A DNA stretch of 64,000 nt from Lactobacillus sp. (lineage in GTDB: Bacteria > Bacillota > Bacilli > Lactobacillales > Lactobacillaceae), in the NCBI GenBank assembly GCA_030455605.1, contig JAKDPD010000006.1:6069-70068 (forward strand), given 5' to 3'. The notes beneath the pieces were generated by a model that saw only the letters and a list, made by a program, of their open reading frames with translations, did not search any database and was not told the DNA's origin. Below, one piece after another: positions 1 to 9,670 of the stretch; position 1 is the stretch's first letter; every line of letters begins with the position of its first letter. Made by a program: the position numbers and the translations under genes.

Positions 1-147
1 ACCAAGAAAGTCGGTAAAGTTACTAAGACACAAGTTAAGGAAATTGCTGAAACTAAGATGCAAGACCTTAACGCTGCTGATGTTGAAGCAGCTATGCGTA
101 TGGTTGAAGGCACTGCTCGCAGCATGGGCATTGAAGTTGAGGACTAA
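1..147 (+). CDS. rplK: 50S ribosomal protein L11, 3' end (truncated by window edge)
   Basis: Frame 1 reads [48 protein letters not shown], the L11 C-terminus; lies directly upstream of rplA. Confidence 0.97.
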   Translation, partial: TKKVGKVTKTQVKEIAETKMQDLNAADVEAAMRMVEGTARSMGIEVED

Positions 148-172
148 TCCCGTTATTAACGATAACGAATAG

Positions 173-202
173 GTGGGAGAGCCAAGCGGCTCGTTTGACC
201 AC
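173..202 (+). promoter_or_regulatory. L1-binding autoregulatory RNA site between rplK and rplA
   Basis: GTGGGAG-AGCC-AAGC-GGCT-CG-TTTGACCAC fits the GGGAG...GACCAC L1-binding hairpin found upstream of rplA in Firmicutes. Confidence 0.75.
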
Positions 203-221
203 ACATAAAGGAGGAAATCAC

Positions 222-914
222 ATGCCTAAGCATGGTAAGAAATATTTAGAAGCTGCTAAAAAAGTAGAAGCCAACAAGTTTTATTCAATTGCTGAAGCAA
301 TGAAACTCGTTAAAGAGACTTCATATGCTAATTTTGATGCATCAGTTGAAGTATCATACAACTTAAGTGTTGATCCTAAGCAAGCTGATCAACAAATCCG
401 TGGTTCATTAGTTTTACCTAATGGTACTGGTAAGAGCCAAAAGGTTGTTGTTTTTGCTGAAGGACCTCAAGCAGAAGCTGCTAAAGCCGCTGGTGCTGAT
501 GAAGTCGGTTCTGATGAATTGGTTGAAAAGGTTCAAAAAGGCTATTTAGACTTTGATGTTGTGGTTGCAACACCAATGATGATGGCTAAGGTAGGACGTT
601 TAGGTCGGATTCTTGGGCCTAAAGGTTTGATGCCTAACCCTAAGACTGGAACTGTTACGATGGATATCGAAAAGGCTATTAAGAATGTTAAGGCTGGTCA
701 AGTTGAATACCGAGTGGACCGTCAAGCTGCCATTCATGCTGCCATTGGTAAAGTTTCATTCACTGAAGAACAATTAACTGAAAACTTTGATGCTTTACGT
801 GATGTTATTTTACGTGCACGCCCAGCTGCAGCCAAAGGTCAATACATTAAGAGTGTTGCCGTTGCTGCTACGTTTGGCCCAGGGATTAAGCTTAATCCAC
901 TTGAGCTTGCTTAA
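222..914 (+). CDS. rplA: 50S ribosomal protein L1
   Basis: MPKHGKKY...[22 protein letters not shown]; SD AGGAGG before ATG 222. Confidence 0.98.
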   Translation: MPKHGKKYLEAAKKVEANKFYSIAEAMKLVKETSYANFDASVEVSYNLSVDPKQADQQIRGSLVLPNGTGKSQKVVVFAEGPQAEAAKAAGADEVGSDELVEKVQKGYLDFDVVVATPMMMAKVGRLGRILGPKGLMPNPKTGTVTMDIEKAIKNVKAGQVEYRVDRQAAIHAAIGKVSFTEEQLTENFDALRDVILRARPAAAKGQYIKSVAVAATFGPGIKLNPLELA

Positions 915-935
915 GCACATAAAAATATCGCTTAC

Positions 936-972
936 AAAAGTGTGCCACTATCACTAGTGGTGCGCTTTTTTT
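936..972 (+). terminator. Intrinsic terminator after rplA
   Basis: AAAAGTGTGCCACTA-TCAC-TAGTGGTGCGC followed by a T tract. Confidence 0.8.
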
Positions 973-1020
973 GTATAATAAGGGTTAATAACAGGATAGA
1001 TAGGTTGAGGGGGTAGCTCC

Positions 1021-1887
1021 GTGAGAAAACGACTTTGGTTGTGCATAGGTATGTTGGGCTTGTCACTAGGATTATTGTCAGGCTGTACTGGTAATAATCA
1101 TCGCATCACAGTGGTGGGATCAACGGCATTACAATTGCTAGCTGACCAAGCTGGAAATAATTATCGTTTGGCCCACCCTGGTGTCAGTATTGTGGTTCAA
1201 GGCGGTGGTTCAGGAACGGGTTTAAGCCAAGTTCAAGCAGGTGCCGTACAAATTGGGACATCTGATATTTTTGCCGAAAATCAGGCTGGGATTAATGCTA
1301 AAAAATTAATTGATCATCAGGTTGCAGTCGTTGGAATTGTGCCAATTGTCAATAAAGATGCCAAAGTTAAAAATTTATCGACGCGGCAATTAAGAGCTAT
1401 TTTTACTGGTAAACTGACTAATTGGAAACAAGTAGGTGGTGCCAATGAACCCATTACCATTGTGAATCGTTCTAAAGGGAGCGGGACAAGAGCGACTTTT
1501 GAAGCAACGATTTTGGCTGGTCAAGCGGCTGCCAAGGCTCAAGAGCAAGATTCTAATGGTGCCGTTAAAAAGATTGTGAGTTCTACCCCAGGCACAATCA
1601 GTTACTTGTCGTTTCCATATGCCAGCGATCCTAACATTCAAAAGTTAGCAGTTGATCATGTTCAGCCGACCGACCAAAATGTTAGCACGAACAAATGGCG
1701 GTTATGGTCATATGAACACATGTACACTAAGGGACGCACTACTAAAGAAGTACGAGCTTTTATTCGTTATATGTTAAGCGCGAAAGTTCAGAAACAGTTG
1801 GTACCCAAGCTGGGTTATATTAGCGTTAAGACCATGCAGGTTGTGAAAGATAGCCAAAATCGAGTACAGAGGATTAAAGTGCGATGA
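1021..1887 (+). CDS. pstS: Phosphate ABC transporter substrate-binding lipoprotein
   Basis: Lipobox LSGC; GSTALQ, QGGGSGTG and SGTRATF motifs of PstS. Confidence 0.93.
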   Translation: MRKRLWLCIGMLGLSLGLLSGCTGNNHRITVVGSTALQLLADQAGNNYRLAHPGVSIVVQGGGSGTGLSQVQAGAVQIGTSDIFAENQAGINAKKLIDHQVAVVGIVPIVNKDAKVKNLSTRQLRAIFTGKLTNWKQVGGANEPITIVNRSKGSGTRATFEATILAGQAAAKAQEQDSNGAVKKIVSSTPGTISYLSFPYASDPNIQKLAVDHVQPTDQNVSTNKWRLWSYEHMYTKGRTTKEVRAFIRYMLSAKVQKQLVPKLGYISVKTMQVVKDSQNRVQRIKVR

Positions 1888-2885
1888 GCAAAAAAGATAC
1901 TGAAAACTTAAAGGATGTTGTTAATCAAGCAATTGACAGTCAACAAGTTGTCCATGTTAAGTTAAAAGATATTGGGCAAAAGGATGTCGATATTGATAAA
2001 TTGACGCGTCCTTCTAAGGAAACTCATCAAGAATATTGGGGACGTGGGCTAAGTTATTTGGCTATCGGTCTAATCATTTTACTGGTCGGTTCGATTATTG
2101 GCTTTGTCGGGATTCATGGGTTAGCTACTTTTTTCCGTGATCATGTTAACCTTTGGCAGTTCCTTTCCAGCACTGATTGGGATCCCACCAGTGGCCCTAA
2201 TCATGTTGGGGCATTAGTGATGATTGTGACGTCCTTTTTAGTAACCTTGCTGTCAGCGCTGGTTGCTACACCTTTTGCCGTGGCCGTGGCACTATTTATG
2301 ACTGAATATGCATCTAAGAAAGCGGCTAGTTTTCTGCAATCAATCATTGAATTACTAGTGGGTATTCCCTCTGTTGTTTATGGCTTTTTAGGTCTAACTT
2401 TAGTCGTACCAGTTATCAGAGCTATCTTTGGGGGAACTGGGTTCGGAATTTTAGCCGGAATGCTCGTATTATTTGTGATGGTCTTACCAACAATCACCTC
2501 ACTGACAGTCGATGCCTTGAATGCAGTGCCCAAACATTTTCGTCAAGCTTCAGCTGCGCTGGGCGCAACCCATTGGCAAACGATTGCACGGGTGGTTCTA
2601 AAAGTGGCCACACCACGAATTTTAACTGCGGTCATCTTTGGGATGGCGCGGGCTTTTGGGGAAGCTTTAGCGGTACAAATGGTGATTGGGAATGCAGTTC
2701 TCATGCCATATAATTTGGTTACGCCATCGTCCACGCTGACTTCACAATTAACGACGCAAATCGGTAATACTGTGATGGGGACACTAGCAAATAATGCGCT
2801 CTGGTCATTAGCATTATTGTTACTCGTGATGTCATTATTTTTCAATATCCTAGTGAGAATGATTGGTAAAAAGGGGGCTAAGTAA
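1884..2885 (+). CDS. pstC: Phosphate ABC transporter permease
   Basis: ELLVGIPSVVYG, EAA-type loop ASAALGAT, ARAFGEALAVQMVIGN. Confidence 0.93.
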   Translation: MSKKDTENLKDVVNQAIDSQQVVHVKLKDIGQKDVDIDKLTRPSKETHQEYWGRGLSYLAIGLIILLVGSIIGFVGIHGLATFFRDHVNLWQFLSSTDWDPTSGPNHVGALVMIVTSFLVTLLSALVATPFAVAVALFMTEYASKKAASFLQSIIELLVGIPSVVYGFLGLTLVVPVIRAIFGGTGFGILAGMLVLFVMVLPTITSLTVDALNAVPKHFRQASAALGATHWQTIARVVLKVATPRILTAVIFGMARAFGEALAVQMVIGNAVLMPYNLVTPSSTLTSQLTTQIGNTVMGTLANNALWSLALLLLVMSLFFNILVRMIGKKGAK

Positions 2886-3772
2886 TGACTGAACACCAAA
2901 AAGATCGATTTGCAACTGGGGTCATTTACTTCTTAGTTGGCATTGTGGTCATCTTGTTAGCTGGCATTTTGGGTAATATTTTAATAAATGGCTTGCCGCA
3001 CTTGTCGTGGCATTTTTTAACGAGTGAGTCGTCAGATTTTCAGGCCGGTGGTGGTGTGCGTGATCAATTGTTTAACTCCGTCTATCTGCTAGTTTTGACT
3101 ACGATTATTTCCCTGCCGATTGCTTTAGGTGCAGCGATTTATTTGTCAGAGTATGCCCGCGATAATTGGATAACACATCTAATTCGCAGCACTATTGAAA
3201 TCTTGAGTTCATTACCATCAATTGTCGTCGGATTATTCGGATACCTCTTGTTTGTAGTCCAATTCGGCTTCGGCTTTTCGATTTTGTCGGGTGCGCTAGC
3301 GCTAACCTTTTTCAATTTACCGATTTTGACTAGCAATATTGAAGAGTCACTCAAGGGTGTTTCAGCCACTCAACGTGAAGCAGGACTCGCGTTGGGGCTA
3401 TCTAATTGGAAAACAATTCGTGGTATTGTGGTACCTGCTGCTTTACCTGGTATTATTACGGGAGTGGTGCTCAGTGGTGGCCGAATTTTTGGGGAAGCAG
3501 CAACTTTGATTTATACAGCAGGTCAAAGCGGTTCGCTCGTGGACTATCACAATTGGAATCCACTCAGTCCTACCAGCTTTTTGAATGTGATGCGTCCAGC
3601 AGAAACGTTAGCAGTTCACATTTGGAAGGTAAATACTGAGGGCATCATTTCCGATGCTACCGCAGTTTCAGCCGCTACTGGTGCATTACTGGTTTTGGTC
3701 GTCATTATTTTTAACCTGAGCGCACGTTACTTTGGTAATAAACTTTACCAAAAGCTAACGGCTGCTAAATAG
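2885..3772 (+). CDS. pstA: Phosphate ABC transporter permease
   Basis: LSSLPSIVVGLFG, REAGLALG, GRIFGEAA, ETLAVHIW. Confidence 0.93.
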   Translation: MTEHQKDRFATGVIYFLVGIVVILLAGILGNILINGLPHLSWHFLTSESSDFQAGGGVRDQLFNSVYLLVLTTIISLPIALGAAIYLSEYARDNWITHLIRSTIEILSSLPSIVVGLFGYLLFVVQFGFGFSILSGALALTFFNLPILTSNIEESLKGVSATQREAGLALGLSNWKTIRGIVVPAALPGIITGVVLSGGRIFGEAATLIYTAGQSGSLVDYHNWNPLSPTSFLNVMRPAETLAVHIWKVNTEGIISDATAVSAATGALLVLVVIIFNLSARYFGNKLYQKLTAAK

Positions 3773-3780
3773 GAGGTGCT

Positions 3781-4575
3781 ATGGAAAACTTATCACCGGC
3801 ATTTATCACGACTTTTGAAGCGTCTGAGCGAGCATTAACGACTGAACATCTCGATGTGCTCTATGGTGGCACCATTCAGAAGTTGTTTGATACGAGTTTG
3901 CAGTTTAAGAAAAATAGCATTACCGCTCTGATTGGTGCTTCCGGTTCTGGCAAATCGACCTTTCTAAGATCACTTAACCGCATGAATGATACTGTTGCCA
4001 CCGTTAATGGCAAGATTATGTTTCATGGCTTGAATGTCAATCAAGCCAATATCAATGTTTACGAATTACGTAAAAGTATTGGGATGGTTTTTCAGAAGCC
4101 AAATCCTTTTCCCAAGTCAATTTATGACAATATCACTTATGCTTTAAGGGCAGACGGTGAAAAGAATCAGCAAAAGCTAGCAACAATTGTCGAAGAGTCG
4201 CTGCGAGCAGCTGCCTTGTGGGATGAAGTTAAGGACAAGTTAAATCAGAGTGCCTTGGCTTTGTCAGGTGGGCAGCAGCAACGATTATGTATTGCTAGAG
4301 CACTAGCGCTAAGACCAGAAATTATTTTGTTAGATGAACCGGCTAGTGCGCTTGACCCAGTCTCAACGAGTAAACTGGAAGATACGTTAAAGCAATTACG
4401 TGAGAAATACACCATGGTAATGGTCACGCATAATATGCAGCAAGCAGCACGAATTAGTGACTATACCGCCTTTTTCCACTTAGGTCATGCGATTGAGTAT
4501 GATACTACGACCAATATTTTTACTAATCCACAAGGTGCGATTACAGAAGCGTATATTCAAGGGAGTTTTGGTTAG
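3781..4575 (+). CDS. pstB: Phosphate ABC transporter ATPase (first copy)
   Basis: Walker A GASGSGKS, LSGGQQQR signature, GMVFQKPNPFP. Confidence 0.92.
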   Translation: MENLSPAFITTFEASERALTTEHLDVLYGGTIQKLFDTSLQFKKNSITALIGASGSGKSTFLRSLNRMNDTVATVNGKIMFHGLNVNQANINVYELRKSIGMVFQKPNPFPKSIYDNITYALRADGEKNQQKLATIVEESLRAAALWDEVKDKLNQSALALSGGQQQRLCIARALALRPEIILLDEPASALDPVSTSKLEDTLKQLREKYTMVMVTHNMQQAARISDYTAFFHLGHAIEYDTTTNIFTNPQGAITEAYIQGSFG

Positions 4576-5331
4576 ATGACAAAAATAATAACGACCAAAG
4601 CAGTTAGATTAAAGTATGGTAATTCTGAAGCTTTACATGGCATTGATTTAGATTTTGAAGCCAAACAATTGACAACTCTAATTGGGCCATCAGGTTGTGG
4701 AAAATCCACTTTTCTACGTTGCCTTAACCGCATGAATGATGACATTCCGAATGTCCATATTAGTGGTGATATCAAGTTTGAAGGTCACGATATTTATACG
4801 AACAAAACTGATCTTGTGGCACTGCGTAAAGAAGTAGGGATGGTCTTTCAACAACCAACTCCATTTCCTTTTTCGGTGTTTGACAATGTTGCCTTTGGCT
4901 TGCGTCTTGCGAGAATCAAAGATAAAGCTTTAATTGAGGAACGGGTAATCGAGAGCCTTAAGCAAGCGGCTATCTGGAATGAAACGAAAGATGTTTTGAA
5001 TCGCAATGCTCAACGTTTCTCAGGTGGACAACAACAGCGTATTTGTATTGCGCGTGCCTTGGCGGTTCGTCCCAAGGTCGTCTTGCTAGATGAGCCAACT
5101 AGTGCACTAGACCCAATTTCCAGTGCCGAGGTTGAACAGACCCTAATCCAGCTTAAACGGCAATATACGTTTATTATGGTCACGCATAACCTGCAACAAG
5201 CCAGTCGTATTTCTGATCAAACTGCCTTTTTTATGAATGGCGATTTGATTGAAAGTGGCGCGACTGAAAAGATGTTTATTAAGCCTAAACGGCAAATGAC
5301 AAATGATTACCTCAATGGTCGATTTGGTTAA
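4576..5331 (+). CDS. pstB: Phosphate ABC transporter ATPase (second copy)
   Basis: Walker [27 protein letters not shown]-terminal YLNGRFG. Confidence 0.92.
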   Translation: MTKIITTKAVRLKYGNSEALHGIDLDFEAKQLTTLIGPSGCGKSTFLRCLNRMNDDIPNVHISGDIKFEGHDIYTNKTDLVALRKEVGMVFQQPTPFPFSVFDNVAFGLRLARIKDKALIEERVIESLKQAAIWNETKDVLNRNAQRFSGGQQQRICIARALAVRPKVVLLDEPTSALDPISSAEVEQTLIQLKRQYTFIMVTHNLQQASRISDQTAFFMNGDLIESGATEKMFIKPKRQMTNDYLNGRFG

Positions 5332-5342
5332 GGAGAAATAAG

Positions 5343-6026
5343 ATGCACGAAATTTTTTTAGATGAATTAAAAAAGTTGAATACTGAATTTATGGAATTTG
5401 GCGTGTTCGTGAACGATCAAATTGATCATGCAACGAGAGCTTACGTCGATCATGACAAGGCTTTAGCTAAAAAATTAGTTCAAAATCAACGTCAAATTTC
5501 TGAGCAAGCCATTAGTATTGAGGGTCAAGCATTGAAACTGATGGCCTTACAGCAACCAGTTGCTACGGATTTTCGCGTGGTCATTTCGATTTTGAAGGCA
5601 GTGACCGATATTGAGCGAATTGGTGAGAACTCAATGAGTATCTCCTATGAGACAATTCGGGTTAAAGGCAATCCGCGCGATATTGAGGTAGAACAGATTA
5701 TCTCACGAATGACGCACAATGTGCGTCATATGTTGGTTCAAGTATTAACTGCTTATGTGCAAAGTGATGAGAAGATGGCGCGTACGGTTGCAAGTCGCGA
5801 TGCTGAAGTTGATCAAGACTATGTCCAAGTGCGCAAGATGATTATTGATACGATGGAAAGTGAGCCTAAAAAAGTGACAGCCACGTCGAGTTACTTTATG
5901 GTTGCACGGCTTCTTGAGCGGATTGGCGATCATATCGTGAATTTGGCTAGTTGGGTTATTTATAAAACTACTGGTGAGTTGGTAGAACTGGAAACGCACG
6001 AAGCTGAAAATCAAGTGATTGAGTAA
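5343..6026 (+). CDS. phoU: Phosphate signalling protein PhoU
   Basis: ALQQPVATDFR, DIERIGE and LERIGDH PhoU repeats; last gene of the pst operon. Confidence 0.93.
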   Translation: MHEIFLDELKKLNTEFMEFGVFVNDQIDHATRAYVDHDKALAKKLVQNQRQISEQAISIEGQALKLMALQQPVATDFRVVISILKAVTDIERIGENSMSISYETIRVKGNPRDIEVEQIISRMTHNVRHMLVQVLTAYVQSDEKMARTVASRDAEVDQDYVQVRKMIIDTMESEPKKVTATSSYFMVARLLERIGDHIVNLASWVIYKTTGELVELETHEAENQVIE

Positions 6027-6034
6027 ATTATCGC

Positions 6035-6063
6035 TTTACAAGCTTGGCTGAATTTGTTAAACT
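6035..6063 (+). promoter_or_regulatory. Sigma-A promoter of rplJL
   Basis: TTTACA-17 bp-TAAACT with extended TG. Confidence 0.6.
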
Positions 6064-6075
6064 AGCTAAGTGATA

Positions 6076-6178
6076 AATTCTACCTAAGACTCGGGTGACT
6101 TCATGGTCTCAATAACCCGCTGAGGCCAGAAGGTTATGAAGATGATAATCCTCTATGCCCTTGGGCATAGAATTTTTG
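6076..6178 (+). promoter_or_regulatory. L10 leader (attenuator) upstream of rplJ
   Basis: CCTAAGAC...CCCGCTGAGG core then terminator CTATGCCC-TT-GGGCATAG-AATTTTT; position upstream of rplJ. Confidence 0.8.
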
Positions 6179-6220
6179 TTTTAAATAGAATTTGTTATTA
6201 TTTCTATGGAGGTGAATCGA

Positions 6221-6733
6221 TTGGTTAGAGCTGCTATTGCTGCAAAAGAGAAGCTTGTTGACGCTTTGGCTGACGACTTGAAGACTGCTAAGGCTGTCTT
6301 AGTCATCAACTACCTTGGCTTAACCGTTGATCAGGTAACTGAAATGCGTAAGGAATTACGTGACAGTGATGTTAAGATGAAGGTTATCAAAAATACCTAT
6401 CTAAAGCGCGCTGCTGCTAAGTCTGGCATTGAAGGACTTGATGAAACTTTTGTTGGGCCAACTGCTGTCATTTATACTGCTGATTCTGACGACATTACTG
6501 AGCCGGCTCGTATTGTTTCTAAATACGCTGACAAGTACGACGTTGTCGAAATTAAGGGTGGTATGTTAGAAGGTAAACTTACTAACAAGGAAGAAATCAA
6601 AGAACTCGCTGCTATTCCAGGTCGCGAAGGCTTGCTTTCAATGCTTGTATCTGTTTTACAAGCACCTGTACGTAACTTTGCTTATGCTGTTAAGGCTGTT
6701 GCTGATTCAAAAGATGAAGGCACAGCAGAATAA
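6221..6733 (+). CDS. rplJ: 50S ribosomal protein L10 (likely TTG start)
   Basis: YLGLTVDQVTEMRKELR, KVIKNTYLKRA, GPTA; SD GGAGGTGA before TTG 6221. Confidence 0.97.
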   Translation: MVRAAIAAKEKLVDALADDLKTAKAVLVINYLGLTVDQVTEMRKELRDSDVKMKVIKNTYLKRAAAKSGIEGLDETFVGPTAVIYTADSDDITEPARIVSKYADKYDVVEIKGGMLEGKLTNKEEIKELAAIPGREGLLSMLVSVLQAPVRNFAYAVKAVADSKDEGTAE

Positions 6734-6779
6734 TTATTAGATAAACATTTCTAATATCTAAATTTCGGAGGATACATAA

Positions 6780-7142
6780 ATGGCTTTAGATACTGAAAAG
6801 ATTATTGAAGACTTGAAGGGTGCTAGCATCCTTGAATTGAACGATTTAGTTAAGGCAATTGAAGACGAATTTGGCGTTTCAGCTGCTGCTCCTGTAGCTG
6901 TTGCTGGTGCCGGTGACGCTGCTGCTGCTAAGAGTTCATTTGACGTTGAATTAACTTCAGCTGGTCAAGAAAAGGTTAAGGTTATCAAGGCAGTTCGTGA
7001 AATCACTGGTCTTGGCCTTAAGGATTCTAAGGGTGTGGTTGATGCTGCTCCTAAGAACGTTAAAGAAGGCGTTTCTGAAGACGAAGCCAATGATATTAAG
7101 GCTAAGCTTGAAGAAGTTGGCGCAACTGTTACTGTTAAGTAA
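6780..7142 (+). CDS. rplL: 50S ribosomal protein L7/L12
   Basis: [31 protein letters not shown]. Confidence 0.98.
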   Translation: MALDTEKIIEDLKGASILELNDLVKAIEDEFGVSAAAPVAVAGAGDAAAAKSSFDVELTSAGQEKVKVIKAVREITGLGLKDSKGVVDAAPKNVKEGVSEDEANDIKAKLEEVGATVTVK

Positions 7143-7154
7143 TTTTTGTTGCCG

Positions 7155-7185
7155 AAAAGGGCAGGACATCAGTTCTGCCCTTTTT
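7155..7185 (+). terminator. Intrinsic terminator after rplL
   Basis: AAAAGGGCAGGAC-ATCA-GTTCTGCCC-TTTTT. Confidence 0.85.
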
Positions 7186-7335
7186 GCTTACTTTTTTTCA
7201 GTATCTGAGTAGCATAGACGCTTATGCCAATTTATGGTTTAATAAGACTAACTTTCGCCTGGCTAACAGGTGAGTCATTGATTGGCTGAAAGGCTGATCT
7301 ATAAACAAGATAGTTGAGCGATTGAGAGTGAAAAT

Positions 7336-8346
7336 GTGAAAGTGTTAAGTATTATTGTTCCTTGTTATAATTCTCAGGATTACCTTGCCCATGCCGTACA
7401 TAGTTTAATTGCTGGTGGCAAAAGGGTTGAAATTTTATTAGTGGATGATGGTTCAACGGATCGTACGCCCGCTCTAATTGATAATTATGCGGCCCAATTT
7501 CAATGCCAAGTGCGTGCAATCCACCAGTCCAACAAAGGGCATGGCGGTGCCGTCAATGCTGGCTTGCAAGCAGCAACTTGTCCTTATGTTAAAGTCTGTG
7601 ATAGCGATGATTGGCTTGACTCAGCCGCTTTGGAGCGAATTTTAAATTTCTTAGAACGCCTGCTTCAAACTGGCAACTCAGTTGATATGTTACTGAGTAA
7701 TTATGTCTATGACAAAGTAGGAAGCCGTCACAAAAAAGTGATTCGCTATCCGCGCTTACCTCGGGGACGTTTTTTCGGTTGGGAAGAAGTTCATTTACGC
7801 TTAGGTCAATATTTTTTGATGCATTCAGTGATTTATCGCACTGCGGTCCTAACCCAGGCAGCCAGGCTAGTGTTGCCACAGCATACTTTTTATGTGGATA
7901 ACCTCTACGTTTTTGAACCTTTACCATTTGTCAAAAAAATCTATTATATTGATGTCAATTTTTACCATTACTTTATCGGCCGCGCTGATCAATCAGTTAA
8001 TGAACAAGTGATGTTGCAACGGATCGATCAACAATTGTATGTCAATAAACGCATGATGGCTTATTATGCGCAACAGATTGATGATCGAACAGCGCTCGGT
8101 AAGTATATGCGTTATTATCTTGAAATTATTACGACGGTTTCATCTGTCTTGCTCTTGCGCGGGAAACGCCCCGCTTATTTACAGAAAAAACGTGAGCTAT
8201 GGCAAACACTACGGGAATGTGATACGCGCAGTTACAATCGCTTGCGCCGGCGCCCGCTAGGGGTTATGGTCAACTTGCCAGGTCGCTCTGGTCATATTAT
8301 TGCGCTTGGGGCTTATGAATTGGTCCGGCATATTTATGGTTGTTGA
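7336..8346 (+). CDS. Glycosyltransferase family 2
   Basis: SIIVPCYN, LVDDGSTD, NKGHGGAVNAGL, DSDD motif. Confidence 0.9.
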   Translation: MKVLSIIVPCYNSQDYLAHAVHSLIAGGKRVEILLVDDGSTDRTPALIDNYAAQFQCQVRAIHQSNKGHGGAVNAGLQAATCPYVKVCDSDDWLDSAALERILNFLERLLQTGNSVDMLLSNYVYDKVGSRHKKVIRYPRLPRGRFFGWEEVHLRLGQYFLMHSVIYRTAVLTQAARLVLPQHTFYVDNLYVFEPLPFVKKIYYIDVNFYHYFIGRADQSVNEQVMLQRIDQQLYVNKRMMAYYAQQIDDRTALGKYMRYYLEIITTVSSVLLLRGKRPAYLQKKRELWQTLRECDTRSYNRLRRRPLGVMVNLPGRSGHIIALGAYELVRHIYGC

Positions 8347-8365
8347 TGAACAAAGGAGTTAGCAA

Positions 8366-8980
8366 ATGGCGGAACAATACTTTGCAGCTGATCCAAGTGT
8401 GGGTCATGATGAGCAGATAATTCAATATCGTATTGGCGAGACGTCATTGAGATTAACTACGGATCGTGGTGTTTTTTCGCGGCAACGCGTTGATTACGGG
8501 AGTGGCGTCTTATTAGAGCAAATGGCGACACTAACATTCCCAGCTGCCGGTATCTTGGACGTGGGGTGTGGGTATGGCCCCTTGGGCTTATTTGCAGCAA
8601 GCTGGTGGACAAAACAAACGGTTGACTTAGTTGATGTCAATCATCGTAGTTTAGCTTTAGCTCAGAAAAATGCTGAACTCAACGGTATTCAAAATGTTAA
8701 TATTTATGAATCAGATGCCTATGAACAGATTCCAGCTGGTCGGCAATTTGGGTTAATTGTGACTAATCCGCCAATTAGAGCCGGCAAACAAGTAGTGACT
8801 CGAATTTTGCATGATAGTCATCATTTTTTAGTAGCGGGTGGTAGCTTGCTGGTAGTGATTCAAAAAAAGCAAGGTGAGCCTAGTGCTCGGCGTGAATTAT
8901 TAGCAACCTTTGGCCAATGCGAGATTCTTGCGCGTGACAAGGGGTATTATATTTTGCAAGCAGTGAAATCCGCTGAATAG
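8366..8980 (+). CDS. Class I SAM-dependent methyltransferase, RsmC/YbxB-like
   Basis: GVFS, LDVGCGYGPLG, TNPPIRAGK. Confidence 0.88.
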   Translation: MAEQYFAADPSVGHDEQIIQYRIGETSLRLTTDRGVFSRQRVDYGSGVLLEQMATLTFPAAGILDVGCGYGPLGLFAASWWTKQTVDLVDVNHRSLALAQKNAELNGIQNVNIYESDAYEQIPAGRQFGLIVTNPPIRAGKQVVTRILHDSHHFLVAGGSLLVVIQKKQGEPSARRELLATFGQCEILARDKGYYILQAVKSAE

Positions 8981-8989
8981 GAGGCTAGG

Positions 8990-9481
8990 GTGTTAAGCAG
9001 TGCAGAGAAAAAGCAGGGGATGCAGTACGCCTTGCAAGAGGCTGCCAAGGCTGCTGAATGCGGTGAAGTGCCCATTGGAGCTGTTATTGTGGACCCCGAA
9101 GGGACGGTTATCGGCCGCGGGTATAATCGCCGCGAGCAAGATCAAGATGCAACTCAGCATGCCGAGATTTTGGCTATTCGCGCAGCTAATCAAACGCTGA
9201 AATCATGGCGACTAGAAGATTGTAGTTTGTTTGTTACTTTGGAGCCTTGCTGCATGTGTGCCGGTGCCATCATTAATGCACGGATTAAGACCGTCTATTA
9301 TGGTACCCCAGATCCCAAGGCTGGTGCTGCAGGGAGCGTGGTTAACTTATTCCAATTGCGGGCTTTAAATCATCATCCTAGTCTCGTCCCTGGCCTTTGT
9401 CGCGAACAAGCTAGCCAATTGCTAAAGACTTTTTTTCAAATGCTCAGGCGTCAGCAAAAGGCAGTTAAACGAGGCAAGTAA
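8990..9481 (+). CDS. tadA: tRNA adenosine(34) deaminase
   Basis: GEVPIGAV, HAEI, TLEPCCMCAGA zinc motif. Confidence 0.93.
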   Translation: MLSSAEKKQGMQYALQEAAKAAECGEVPIGAVIVDPEGTVIGRGYNRREQDQDATQHAEILAIRAANQTLKSWRLEDCSLFVTLEPCCMCAGAIINARIKTVYYGTPDPKAGAAGSVVNLFQLRALNHHPSLVPGLCREQASQLLKTFFQMLRRQQKAVKRGK

Positions 9482-9529
9482 TTAAACAATCTGCTAGCAA
9501 AAAAGCACCAAATAAGCTAAAATACTTAT

Positions 9530-9603
9530 AGGGCAATGTTTCACTTCTGAATTGTGTCAGGACCGGAAGGTAGCAGCACTAAGGTCGTTGGGGCATGTGC
9601 CTT
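9530..9603 (+). ncRNA. ffs: Signal recognition particle RNA (small bacterial form)
   Basis: GTGTCAGGACCGGAAGGTAGCAGCAC domain IV consensus; terminal AGGGCA/TGCCTT pairing; located between tadA and dnaX; ends approximate. Confidence 0.92.
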
Positions 9604-9670
9604 TTATTGAAATTTAATAAACTCTTAGCTCCAATTGGGTTAGGGTTTTTTTTACTAGGGAAGAGAAAAA

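Noticed and set aside
3781-5331. Two tandem pstB genes
   Set aside because: Normal pstB1/pstB2 arrangement in Firmicutes.
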